From assembly GCA_035366835.1 (NCBI GenBank), contig DAOSIS010000015.1, forward strand, positions 23,949-87,948: a stretch of DNA of 64,000 nucleotides. Direction: 5' to 3'. Source of the stretch: Syntrophales bacterium (lineage in GTDB: Bacteria; Desulfobacterota; Syntrophia; Syntrophales; UBA6109). The stretch's first letter is position 1, and each line of letters opens with the position of its first letter. The position numbers were made by a program, and so were the translations under genes. Below the pieces are notes generated by a model, which saw nothing but the letters and a program-made list of their open reading frames with translations, did no database searches and was not told where the DNA came from. Below are positions 37,290-45,928 of this stretch, piece after piece.

Positions 37290-37342
37290 AGGCAGGTACT
37301 CGGCCTGAGTTCTTTCAATCGCCTTGACAATGCGGGAGCGGC

Positions 37343-38914
37343 TTGTTACGACTCGATGCAAGATATTTCGCGGGGTCTCCGTTCGTGCATCTCAAGACCG
37401 AGGTGATCATCATAGGCGGCGGTTCCACCGGGACGGGCATCGCCCGGGACCTCGCGCTGCGGGAGATTCCTTCCATCCTCCTGGAAAAGGGGGACTTCAC
37501 CAGCGGCGCCTCGGGAAGGAATCACGGCCTCCTCCACAGCGGCGCGCGCTATGTCGTCTCCGACCGGGAAGCCGCGCGGGAATGCATCACGGAAAACCGG
37601 ATCCTCAAGGCCATCGCCCCCCATTGCATCGAAGCGACGGGGGGCTTTTTCGTCTCCCTGCCGGAAGACAGCCTTTACTGGCGGGACCAGTTCATCCGCT
37701 CCTGCATGGACGTGGGCATCGAGGCGGAGCCGCTGCAGAGGGACGATGTCCTGCAGAGGGACCCGGCGATCAATCCCGACCTCGTCGCGGCGGTGCGCGT
37801 GCCGGACGGGGCGGTCGACCCCTTTCTCCTGGTGATCGAAAACGCCCGCGACGCCGAGAGGAACGGCGCCAAGTGCCTGACGCACGTCGAGGTCACGGAA
37901 CTGCTCGCTGCAGGGGGGCGTATCCGCGGGGTGATGGCGAGGGATACCATCACCGGAGAGCCCCACGACATCGAAGCGCCCTTCGTCGTGAATGCGACGG
38001 GCGCCTGGGCGGACCACATCCTCAAACTGGCGGGCCTGCACCTGGGGCTCATCCTTTCGAAGGGAAGCATGCTCATCACGAATCGCCGCCTCTGCCGGCA
38101 CGTCATCAACCGCTGCCGGCCGCCGGGCGACGGTGACATCATCGTTCCCAACGAGACGGTCTCCATCCTGGGGACCACGTCCGTGACCATCGACGACATC
38201 GGCAGAATCGAAGTCACGCCTCCGGAGGTCTCCCGGCTCATCGAGGCGGCCTCCCATCTGATTCCCGCCGTGAAGACGACGCGCTTCATCCGGGCCTACG
38301 CGGGGGTGAGGCCGCTCTTCCAGTTCGCGGATGCCGCCGACGGCCGCGCCGTCAGCCGCGAGTTTGTCCTGGTGGATCACGGGGCCCGCGACGGCCTGTC
38401 GGGATTGATCACCATTACCGGCGGAAAGCTCATCACGTACCGGCTCATGGCGGAAAAGGTCTGCGATCTCCTCTGCGGGAAGATGGGCGTCCGCGTCGAC
38501 TGCAAGACGGCCGTCACGCCGCTGCCCGGTGCGGAAAGGCCCTTCGACCTCAGCGGACGGCTGAAGGAATTCGGGGACGTTCCTCTCCAGGGCCGCGGCG
38601 AGACGCTCTGCGACTGCGAACTGATCGGCAGGGGCGAAATCGAGGGGATCCTCCGGCAGGGCCGCCTGCGGAACCTCCAGGACATCCTGCACCGCACCCG
38701 GCTGGCCAAGGGGACCTGCCAGGGTGCCTTCTGCGTGTACCGGCTGCTGGGCGTCCTGCAGGAGCAAGGGCTCACCGGGGGCGGCGAGCCCCACGAGATC
38801 CTCAAGGGGTTTCTGGAAGAACGCTGGAAAGGCGTCCGGCCCATTCTGGGGGGGCTGTCGCTGAGAGAAGAAGAACTCATCGAATCCATTTATCGGGGTC
38901 TCTTCAACCTGTAG
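37343..38914 (+). CDS. glpA: anaerobic glycerol-3-phosphate dehydrogenase subunit A
   Basis: 523 aa. EVIIIGGGSTGTGIARDLALR...SGASGRNHGLLHSGARYVV. The start is uncertain: TTG 37343 or GTG 37385. Confidence 0.9.
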   Translation: MLRLDARYFAGSPFVHLKTEVIIIGGGSTGTGIARDLALREIPSILLEKGDFTSGASGRNHGLLHSGARYVVSDREAARECITENRILKAIAPHCIEATGGFFVSLPEDSLYWRDQFIRSCMDVGIEAEPLQRDDVLQRDPAINPDLVAAVRVPDGAVDPFLLVIENARDAERNGAKCLTHVEVTELLAAGGRIRGVMARDTITGEPHDIEAPFVVNATGAWADHILKLAGLHLGLILSKGSMLITNRRLCRHVINRCRPPGDGDIIVPNETVSILGTTSVTIDDIGRIEVTPPEVSRLIEAASHLIPAVKTTRFIRAYAGVRPLFQFADAADGRAVSREFVLVDHGARDGLSGLITITGGKLITYRLMAEKVCDLLCGKMGVRVDCKTAVTPLPGAERPFDLSGRLKEFGDVPLQGRGETLCDCELIGRGEIEGILRQGRLRNLQDILHRTRLAKGTCQGAFCVYRLLGVLQEQGLTGGGEPHEILKGFLEERWKGVRPILGGLSLREEELIESIYRGLFNL

Positions 38915-38971
38915 GATGGATTTCGAAGAAACGGCCTTCTGCAACGGCTCGTTCGACAGGCTGCTGAATCT

Positions 38972-40195
38972 ATGCGCTACGATCTCATCGTCATCGGCAT
39001 GGGGCTTTCGGGCCTGATGTCCGCGAAAACGGCGGTCGACGCCGGGGCGAAGGTCCTCGTCGTCGGCAAAGGCACGGGCGGGTTGTGCCTCTTCACCTCG
39101 GGCATCGACGTCATGGGGGCCCTCCCCGCGGGCGCGGCGATGGGGGAGGCGCTGCCGCGCTGGATCGAACGGCATCCCGATCATCCCTATGCCAAGATGG
39201 GCTGGGAGGGCGTGCGCGAGGCGCTCGAAGCCTTTGCCGAGCTTTTCCCGCCGCCCTACGGCTTCGCGCCGGAAGGCGAGGGGAACTGCCTTCTTCCGAC
39301 CGGCGCAGGGACGACAAGGCCGACCTACCTCGTGCCGGCCACGATGCGCAGTGCCTGCCGCCTGGAGAAGGAACGGACGCTCCTCGTCGGATTCCAGGGC
39401 TTCCGCGACTTCTACGCGGAGTATGCTGCGGCCGGGCTGAAGTGCCGGGGGGAGAATCTGGCGATTCCGGAGATCGCGGGCCGGAACAACTCGGCGACTT
39501 CCCTGGCGCGACTCCTGGAGGACTTGCCGTTCCGGGAGCAGGTGGCCGCGGAAATCGTCCGCCGGCTTCGGGGGGAGACCCATGTCGGTTTCCCCGCCCT
39601 GCTGGGATTCCGCAATCCCATGGAGATCCTGAAGGACCTGGAGGACCGGACGGGGACCGCGATCTTCGAAATCCCCATTCTTCCGCCTTCCGTTCCCGGG
39701 ATGCGCATCTTCCGCCGTTTCCGGCAGCATCTGATCGCGCGGGGCGCGACTTTTCTCCTCGGCAGTCCCGTCAGCCGGATCCTGCGGAACGGACCGTCCT
39801 GCACGGCCGTCGAGATCCTCCATCCTCCCGTGACGCAGGTCTATGAAGCCGATCGATTCGTCCTCGCGACCGGGCGCTTCATGGGGGGCGGGCTCTGCGC
39901 CGACGAGGAGACGATGCGTGAGCCGCTGCTGGGCCTTCCGCTTTCGGCCTCCCTGCCCCGGGAGCATTGGTTCGAGCGTTCGTTCCTGGAAGGCCGCGAA
40001 CATGCCATTCACGGCGTCGGAGTCGTGACGGACGGGGATTTGCGGCCCCTGGACGGGGCGGGGCGTCCTTACGCTGCGAACCTCTGGATCGCGGGCACCC
40101 TCCTTGCCCATCAGCGCTGGATCGATGAGAAATCCCGCGAAGGCATCGAGATCGCCACGGGATACCGGGCGGCGCGAAAGGCCCTGGCGTCATGA
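38972..40195 (+). CDS. glpB: anaerobic glycerol-3-phosphate dehydrogenase subunit B
   Basis: 407 aa. MRYDLIVIGMGLSGLMSA. Position between glpA and glpC. Confidence 0.85.
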   Translation: MRYDLIVIGMGLSGLMSAKTAVDAGAKVLVVGKGTGGLCLFTSGIDVMGALPAGAAMGEALPRWIERHPDHPYAKMGWEGVREALEAFAELFPPPYGFAPEGEGNCLLPTGAGTTRPTYLVPATMRSACRLEKERTLLVGFQGFRDFYAEYAAAGLKCRGENLAIPEIAGRNNSATSLARLLEDLPFREQVAAEIVRRLRGETHVGFPALLGFRNPMEILKDLEDRTGTAIFEIPILPPSVPGMRIFRRFRQHLIARGATFLLGSPVSRILRNGPSCTAVEILHPPVTQVYEADRFVLATGRFMGGGLCADEETMREPLLGLPLSASLPREHWFERSFLEGREHAIHGVGVVTDGDLRPLDGAGRPYAANLWIAGTLLAHQRWIDEKSREGIEIATGYRAARKALAS

Positions 40196-41406
40196 ACAGA
40201 GAAGAGTCGAAGATCGTCAATCCCGACGTCTGCATCCGGTGCGCAACCTGCATGGGGATCTGTCCCGTCGCCCGTGTGACGGCGTCCTTCCCGGGTCCGA
40301 AGCAGGCGGGGCCCGGGGCGGAGCGGTTCCGCAAGCCCGGCGATCCCTCCGTAGACGAGTGGATTCATCTGTGCATCGGCTGCCGCCTGTGCGACACGGT
40401 CTGCTCCTCCTGCGTCAACGTTTCCGAGATGAATCTCCTGGCGAAGGCGAAGTACCGGGACGAGCACGGCATGCCCCTGCGGGACTGGATGTTTGCCCAC
40501 AACTCCTTCGTTGAAAAGCTGGCCGGCCGCGTCCCCCGCCTCTCCAATGCGGTCTTGCGGAATCCGCTCGTCCGCCGTCTCCTGGACAGGCTTCTGAAGA
40601 TCGATCTCCGCAGGCCCCTGCCCGTCTATGAAGCAACGACGTTCCGGCAGTGGTTCCGGACGCACACCGGGCGCGGCGGAAAGCCGATCGGCTACTTTTA
40701 CGGCTGCTACGCCAACACCCACGAAAGGGATGTCGCCATTGCCGCCGTCCAGGTTCTGGAGGCGGCCGGCTACGAGGTCGTCATACCCCGGCAGGAATGC
40801 TGCGGCCTTCCGGCATTGGGGCAGGGAGACGTCGGGGAAGCGCGGCGGATGGCGGAAAGGAACGTCCCCTGGCTGCTGGCGGCCGTGCGCTCCGGCCTGG
40901 AGATCGTCTTCACGTCGACCAGCTGCGGCCACATGCTCAAATACGAGTACAGCCGTTTTCTGGAAATTCCCGATGCGGACGAGGTGGCGCGCCATCTTCA
41001 CGAACTGTTCGATTATCTGCGCGACCTCCAGGGAAAGGGACAGTTCGACGTCCGCTTCCGTTCCCGGCCGCTCCGGGCCGCGTACTTTGCCCCCTGCCAC
41101 CTGCGGTCGTTGCAGATCGGCTTCCCGTCCCTCGATATCCTGCGGCGGATTCCCGAACTGCAGATCGAGATGGTGGACGCCGATTGCTGCGGCATGGGCG
41201 GCCTCTACGGATTCAAGAAGGAAAAAGCCCCGATCGCGGACGCGATCGGGGCCGACCTGACGAAGGCGGTGGAGCGCCTGAACGTGGAGATGGTGCTGAC
41301 GGAATGCGAAGGGTGCCGCATGCAGATCCAGCGCCTGACGGGCCTCAGGACCCTGCATCCGATCCAGATCGTCCGGGACGCGTTGGAGCCGGGGGCCGGC
41401 AACTGA
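40192..41406 (+). CDS. glpC: anaerobic glycerol-3-phosphate dehydrogenase subunit C (2x4Fe-4S plus CCG domains)
   Basis: 404 aa. CIRCATCMGICP and CIGCRLCDTVC ferredoxin motifs. CCG motifs (QECCGLP, ADCCGMGG). Confidence 0.9.
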   Translation: MNREESKIVNPDVCIRCATCMGICPVARVTASFPGPKQAGPGAERFRKPGDPSVDEWIHLCIGCRLCDTVCSSCVNVSEMNLLAKAKYRDEHGMPLRDWMFAHNSFVEKLAGRVPRLSNAVLRNPLVRRLLDRLLKIDLRRPLPVYEATTFRQWFRTHTGRGGKPIGYFYGCYANTHERDVAIAAVQVLEAAGYEVVIPRQECCGLPALGQGDVGEARRMAERNVPWLLAAVRSGLEIVFTSTSCGHMLKYEYSRFLEIPDADEVARHLHELFDYLRDLQGKGQFDVRFRSRPLRAAYFAPCHLRSLQIGFPSLDILRRIPELQIEMVDADCCGMGGLYGFKKEKAPIADAIGADLTKAVERLNVEMVLTECEGCRMQIQRLTGLRTLHPIQIVRDALEPGAGN

Positions 41407-41465
41407 GGAGAAAGTCATTTGAACGGTCTGTCCGAGGCTTGGCGCAGCCATGAAACGTCGCGGAG

Positions 41466-42188
41466 GTGCTCGTGAAACGCATCCGTTCCGTCCTGCTTCA
41501 CCTGTTTCTTCTCCCGGCCGTCGCCCTTTCCGTGGGCGGCTGTTCCCTTTCTCATCCGTTCTCGGCGCAGGACGCGGCCGCTCTTCTGGCGTCGACGCCG
41601 CGGGTTCCGGAGAACACCGGTCAGGCCCTTTTTGCCGGGGAGGAAAGGTTCCTCTTCCGGAGGCAGATCAAGGTCTACGCGCTGGAGAAACGCGATGCGA
41701 CCTGGAGGCCGGCCTTCGGACCGATCGATGCCGTCATCGGTCGTAACGGTTTCGCGCCCGCCGGGGAAAAGAGGGAGGGGGACGGGCGGACGCCGTCCGG
41801 CATCTTTCCTCTGAAACTGGTTTTCGGTTACGAAGAGAAGTCCCGAACCAGGATGCCCTACCGCCAGGCCCGGGACGAGGACCTGTGGGTGGATGACCCG
41901 GAATCGCCCGATTACAACCGCTGGGTCGCAAAGGGAGGGACGACCGCCGCCTCGTTCGAGAAGCTCAGGCGCGACGACGACCTTTACAGGTATGCGATCG
42001 TCATCGGGTACAATACCGACCCGGTCGTCAAGGGACACGGCAGCGCGATCTTCTTCCATGTGTGGAGGGGGCGCGGCTCATCCACGGCCGGATGCGTCGC
42101 CGTCGCGGAGGAAGACCTCCTGAAGATTCTTGCCTGGCTGGAACCCGACGCCAAGCCGGTCATCGTCATGGGGACGGATTCGCCATGA
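41466..42188 (+). CDS. L,D-transpeptidase (YkuD) family protein
   Basis: 240 aa. Signal peptide. Catalytic region GSAIFFHVWRGRGSSTAGCVAV. Confidence 0.85.
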   Translation: MLVKRIRSVLLHLFLLPAVALSVGGCSLSHPFSAQDAAALLASTPRVPENTGQALFAGEERFLFRRQIKVYALEKRDATWRPAFGPIDAVIGRNGFAPAGEKREGDGRTPSGIFPLKLVFGYEEKSRTRMPYRQARDEDLWVDDPESPDYNRWVAKGGTTAASFEKLRRDDDLYRYAIVIGYNTDPVVKGHGSAIFFHVWRGRGSSTAGCVAVAEEDLLKILAWLEPDAKPVIVMGTDSP

Positions 42189-42304
42189 ATCCGGCAGCGC
42201 CCGCATCCCCCGCGGCTTGCCGCGGGGGATGCGGGCGAATGATGTTCAAAATCCCTTCCTTGGGGATCGAAGATTTTCCGGAGCTTACTCCGGAGAGCTT
42301 CAAA
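42186..42304 (+). repeat. intergenic repeat element copy A (18-bp-stem hairpin plus conserved 3' box)
   Basis: CGCCCGCATCCCCCGCGG-CTTG-CCGCGGGGGATGCGGGCG, followed by GAAT..TGTT..ATCCCTTCCTTGGGGATCGAAGATTTTCCGGAG...TCCGGAGAGCTTCAA. Near-identical copy at 51070..51175. Confidence 0.6.
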
Positions 42305-42426
42305 CCGGCAGCCCCTTTGAGCCGGGCAAACCCGGGTCAAGGGGGCGAAGAAAGACAAGACATTTTCCCTGTGGATCGAGTATCCTCCGGAGCTTTCTCC
42401 GGGGAGCTGTAAAGGAGGCAACACCG

Positions 42427-43194
42427 ATGCAACGGAAATCTCTCTTTGTCCTGTGCCTTGTCCTGTTCTGCGGCTTTCTGCCTCCGGCGCCCGTTGTCCC
42501 GGGGGCCGAGAAGATGCCGCCCGGCTTCGTCGATGTCGCGAGCGTCGTTCCTTCGGCGCTTCTGGAGATCCGCTACTACGGCGAGCACAACTTCGTCGGC
42601 CGGCCGGTGGACGGCTACCGGGCGCCGAAGTGTCTGCTGACACGCCCGGCGGCCGAGGCGCTGGCGAAGGTTCAGGCGGACCTGGCGCCTTTCTCCATGA
42701 CCCTCAAGATCTACGACGGCTATCGCCCGCAGGCCGCGGTCGACCACTTCGTGCGGTGGGCCAGGGAACTCGGCGACGTGCGCACGAAAAAGGAGTTCTA
42801 TCCCACGGTCGACAAGGCCCATCTCTTCCGCGACGGTTATATCGACAGCCGTTCGGGGCACAGTCGGGGCAGCACCGTCGATCTGACGATCGTCCCTCTG
42901 CCGGTCCCGTCCCAGCCGGCTTACGTCGGGGGTCAGCCGCTCGTTGCCTGCTATCGGCCGGCCGGCGAACGCTTCGCGGACAACAGCATCGATATGGGCA
43001 CAGGCTTCGATTGCTTTCACGAGCTGTCGCACCCGGAGAACCCGGGAATCGGCCTGCAGCAGAGGATCAACCGGCTTCTGCTCAAGACGCTCATGGAGAA
43101 GCACGGCTTCCGCAATTACGACAAGGAATGGTGGCACTTCACGCTGAAGAACGAACCCTATCCCGACAGATACTTCAACTTTCCCGTCGAGTAG
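42427..43194 (+). CDS. D-alanyl-D-alanine dipeptidase (VanX/DdpX, M15D)
   Basis: Internal Met (MQRKSLFVLCLVL..., SD AAGGAGG) of ORF 42130..43194. LEIRYYGEHNFVGRPVDGY, SGHSRGSTVDLT and EWWHFTL motifs. Confidence 0.85.
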   Translation: MQRKSLFVLCLVLFCGFLPPAPVVPGAEKMPPGFVDVASVVPSALLEIRYYGEHNFVGRPVDGYRAPKCLLTRPAAEALAKVQADLAPFSMTLKIYDGYRPQAAVDHFVRWARELGDVRTKKEFYPTVDKAHLFRDGYIDSRSGHSRGSTVDLTIVPLPVPSQPAYVGGQPLVACYRPAGERFADNSIDMGTGFDCFHELSHPENPGIGLQQRINRLLLKTLMEKHGFRNYDKEWWHFTLKNEPYPDRYFNFPVE

Positions 43195-43259
43195 GGACGG
43201 CTCGGCGGCCTTCCGCGGATCCGCCCCGGGGACGGAGGAAAGCGAAGGGAAGCAAAATC

Positions 43260-43288
43260 TTGACTTTCGAACCCGTTCATTTTAAGGT
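43260..43288 (+). promoter_or_regulatory. candidate sigma70 promoter of the ABC/Slam operon
   Basis: TTGACT, 17 nt, TAAGGT. About 315 nt upstream of the SBP start. Confidence 0.3.
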
Positions 43289-43603
43289 TCGCCTGTCTTG
43301 TCGGCAGAGAATACAATCACGCAGCGCGGCTCCGATGGTTTCCGAAGCGACGATACCGATGATGCGCTCATTCTGTCCAGAGAGATCCTCCATTCCGTCC
43401 GTATCCGCGGGTCCTGTTTCGTTTTCATCCACCACCAGCAAAGGGCGGCGTCTGCCCTGTTCCTGGCGCCCGGCATGGGCGGTCCCCGATGCCGGGAAGG
43501 CGGCAGGCGGCCGTTGGCGGTGCGTCCAGGCGAGAGGGGAAAGGGAAACGGGGAATCGAGAAAAGCAGCCCAACATTTAGATAGAATGAAGGAGGGGAGA
43601 ATC

Positions 43604-44731
43604 ATGAAACGTTTTGTGTGGATGTTGGCCCTGTGCGTATTGGCCCTGTTCTGTTTCAGCGGCACCGGCTTCGCCCAGGCCGTTGAGAACGAACTGTACT
43701 TGATCACGCCCGTCTCAAAGGACGTCCATGATCCGGTGCTGAAGGCGTTTGCCGGCTATGCGAAGAAGAAGTGGGGCATCGACGTGAAAACGAGTGCCAT
43801 GCCCAAGGGCACCCCCGTCGCTTACGGACAGATCGTGGAGTGGAAGGGAAGGCCCCAGGCGGACGTCTTCTGGGGCGGCGAAGGGACGCTCTTCGACAAC
43901 CTCGCCAAGCAGGACTTGCTCGATAAGATCCAGGTGCCGGACAAGATGTGGAACGAGATCCCCGCCGAGATCGGCAAGCCCGTCGGGCTCCCGCTGAAGG
44001 ATCCCAAGAAATTCTGGGTCGGGACGATGCTCGAGCCCTACGGCCTGATCTATCAGCCGAAGCTTCTGAAGCGCCTCGGCGTCGTCATCAAGGACTGGGA
44101 CGACCTCCTGAATCCGAAACTGAAGGGGCAGATCGCGCAGTGCACGCCGGACCGTTCCAGCAGCAGCCATGCCTCCTATGAGGTCATCCTCGCCATGCAC
44201 GGCTGGGAGAAAGGCTGGCAGTGGTTGACGAAGCTGGCGGCCAACACGGGGATCTTCACGGCCCGTTCCCGCGACGTTCCGAGCGTCGTGTCCAAGGGGG
44301 AATTCGCCGTTGGATTCGCCGTGCCGAGCTACATGGCCTTCGCGGAAGCCCTCGGCGGATACGACGTCATGTACGTCTATCCGAAGAACGCCTACGTGAC
44401 GCCGGAGCCCATGGCCGTGCTCAAGGGAGCCCCCCATCCCAAGGCGGCCCACGCCTTCATCGAATTCCTGCTGACGGAAGAGGGCCAGCAGCTGGTCTCC
44501 CAGCTCGGCGTCTATCCCATCACCCCCAAATACAAAGTCCAGGGTCCTCCGGGGTCCAACCAGGAGAAGGCCGTGGCCTTCACGGGCGGCATGAGGTCTT
44601 TCTTCGACATCGAGGTCGGCAACGTCTACAACGACGAGATCGCCGGACCGAAGAAGCGCATCGAAGAAGTGAACTCCTATTTCCGCAAGGAAATCGCAGA
44701 AAAGCACAAGGACATCGTCAAGCAGAAATGA
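43604..44731 (+). CDS. ABC transporter periplasmic substrate-binding protein (Fe3+/AfuA-FbpA-like family)
   Basis: Internal Met (MKRFVWMLALCVLALFCFSGTGFA, SD GAAGGAGGGG) of ORF 43298..44731. Confidence 0.8.
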   Translation: MKRFVWMLALCVLALFCFSGTGFAQAVENELYLITPVSKDVHDPVLKAFAGYAKKKWGIDVKTSAMPKGTPVAYGQIVEWKGRPQADVFWGGEGTLFDNLAKQDLLDKIQVPDKMWNEIPAEIGKPVGLPLKDPKKFWVGTMLEPYGLIYQPKLLKRLGVVIKDWDDLLNPKLKGQIAQCTPDRSSSSHASYEVILAMHGWEKGWQWLTKLAANTGIFTARSRDVPSVVSKGEFAVGFAVPSYMAFAEALGGYDVMYVYPKNAYVTPEPMAVLKGAPHPKAAHAFIEFLLTEEGQQLVSQLGVYPITPKYKVQGPPGSNQEKAVAFTGGMRSFFDIEVGNVYNDEIAGPKKRIEEVNSYFRKEIAEKHKDIVKQK

Positions 44732-44751
44732 CGTCCGAAGACGTTCCATGA

Positions 44752-44795
44752 GGGACTCCCTGAAAGCGGCGCTTTCAGGGAGTCCCCTTTGTCTT
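44752..44795 (+). terminator. intra-operon hairpin / partial terminator after the SBP gene
   Basis: GGGACTCCCTGAAAGC-GGC-GCTTTCAGGGAGTCCC, a 16-bp perfect stem followed by CTTTGTCTT. Confidence 0.55.
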
Positions 44796-44821
44796 CAGCC
44801 TGCAACGAATCGGGTTCGACT

Positions 44822-45928
44822 ATGAATATTCAACTGAAGGACATGGTGAAGCGTTTCGGCGCCCTGGAGGCGGTGAGTCACGTTTCGCTTGACATCAAGG
44901 ACGGTGAGCTCTTCACGCTGCTCGGACCCTCCGGGTGCGGCAAGACGACGATCCTCCGTCTCATCGGCGGCTTTCACCGGCCCGATTGCGGAGAGATCTA
45001 CTTCGGGGACAAGGAGGTCTCGGACATTCCGCCCTACGAGCGGAACATCGGCATGGTTTTTCAGAACTACGCCCTGTGGCCCCACATGACGATCTTCGAG
45101 AACGTCGCCTACGGACTGAATATCCAGAAGAAGGTGCCGAAGAAGGATGTCGCCGAGAAGGTCAACTCGACGCTGTTGCTGGTCAATCTCACGGGCCTGG
45201 AAAAACGCTTTCCGGGCCAGCTTTCGGGGGGACAGCAGCAGCGCGTTGCCCTGGCAAGGGCCCTCGTCCTCAATCCGGACGTCCTCCTGCTCGACGAGCC
45301 GCTGTCCAACCTCGACGCCAAAATCCGGCAGCAGGTCCGTGCCGAAATCCGGAAACTCCAGAAGGAACTGGCCATCACCTCCATTTACGTGACCCACGAC
45401 CAGGAGGAGGCCCTTACCCTTTCCGACCGGATCGCCGTCCTGGATCACGGGAAGATTCAGCAGATCGGTTCCCCGCACGACCTTTACGAGCGGCCGGGGA
45501 ATCCCTTCGTCGCCGATTTCATCGGCATCAACAACCTGATCCCCGGCGACGTCCGGGAGATTCTCGAAACGCAGGGCCTGCTGGCCGTTTCGACCCGTTT
45601 CGGCTCGTTCCGCTGCGTGAACGAGGGCCTGCTGGAAAAGGGCGATCCCTGCAGGATCTGCGTACGCCCGGAAACCGCCTCCATCGGTTATGACGCAGCG
45701 CCGCAGGAGGGCCTCAATACGCTGGCGGGAAAAGTCAGTTTCGCCTCCTATATCGGGAACGCCATCCGTTACGACATCGAACTCGATCCCGAGACCATCT
45801 TCAAGGTGGACGTGCAGAATCCCTGGCACCAGCAGGCATTTCCGGTCGGCGAGAAGATCTTCGTGCGCTTCCCCGTGCAGATTACGCGGGGCATTCCCGT
45901 CCGAGATTCGAGAGGACTCCACACGTGA
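44822..45928 (+). CDS. ABC transporter ATP-binding protein (PotA/FbpC type)
   Basis: MNIQLKDMVKRFG.... Walker A GPSGCGKTT, signature LSGGQQQR, Walker B LLLDEP. Confidence 0.9.
   Translation: MNIQLKDMVKRFGALEAVSHVSLDIKDGELFTLLGPSGCGKTTILRLIGGFHRPDCGEIYFGDKEVSDIPPYERNIGMVFQNYALWPHMTIFENVAYGLNIQKKVPKKDVAEKVNSTLLLVNLTGLEKRFPGQLSGGQQQRVALARALVLNPDVLLLDEPLSNLDAKIRQQVRAEIRKLQKELAITSIYVTHDQEEALTLSDRIAVLDHGKIQQIGSPHDLYERPGNPFVADFIGINNLIPGDVREILETQGLLAVSTRFGSFRCVNEGLLEKGDPCRICVRPETASIGYDAAPQEGLNTLAGKVSFASYIGNAIRYDIELDPETIFKVDVQNPWHQQAFPVGEKIFVRFPVQITRGIPVRDSRGLHT

Noticed and set aside
37346-40111. Very long ORFs in the track: 37346..40111 (921 aa), 47257..49848 (863 aa), 52482..55178 (898 aa), 45690..48179 (829 aa), 9338..11704 (788 aa), 11625..13724 (699 aa), 4688..6553 (621 aa), and many shorter ones.
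   Set aside because: They lie antisense to, or out of frame with, genes that have clear family motifs. They are dominated by Arg/Pro/Gly/Ala runs and lack recognisable domains. This is typical of stop-poor alternative frames in high-GC DNA.
42062-42412. ORFs running through the repeat elements (42062..42412 and the start of 51066..52061) give similar peptides: AACRGGCGRMMFKIPSLGIEDFPE versus AACCGGCERILFEIPSLRTEDSPE. This could suggest a small conserved protein.
   Set aside because: Nucleotide differences between the copies fall mostly at first and second codon positions and change the amino acid. The Cys-Gly-Gly-Cys stretch is simply the GC hairpin. DNA/RNA-level conservation explains the similarity better.
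43309-43322. Fur-box-like sequence GAGAATACAATCAC near the candidate promoter of the iron-type ABC operon.
   Set aside because: It matches the 19-bp Fur consensus only with a gap and at roughly half the positions. That is not enough to call.
43277-43576. Minus-strand 99-aa ORF in the ABC-operon leader, with a partly protein-like stretch (LLVVDENETGPADTDGMEDLSGQNERIIGIVASETIGAALRD).
   Set aside because: No SD or sensible start. Weaker G/C third-position bias than real genes here. No recognisable family. Left unannotated, though it could be a relic.
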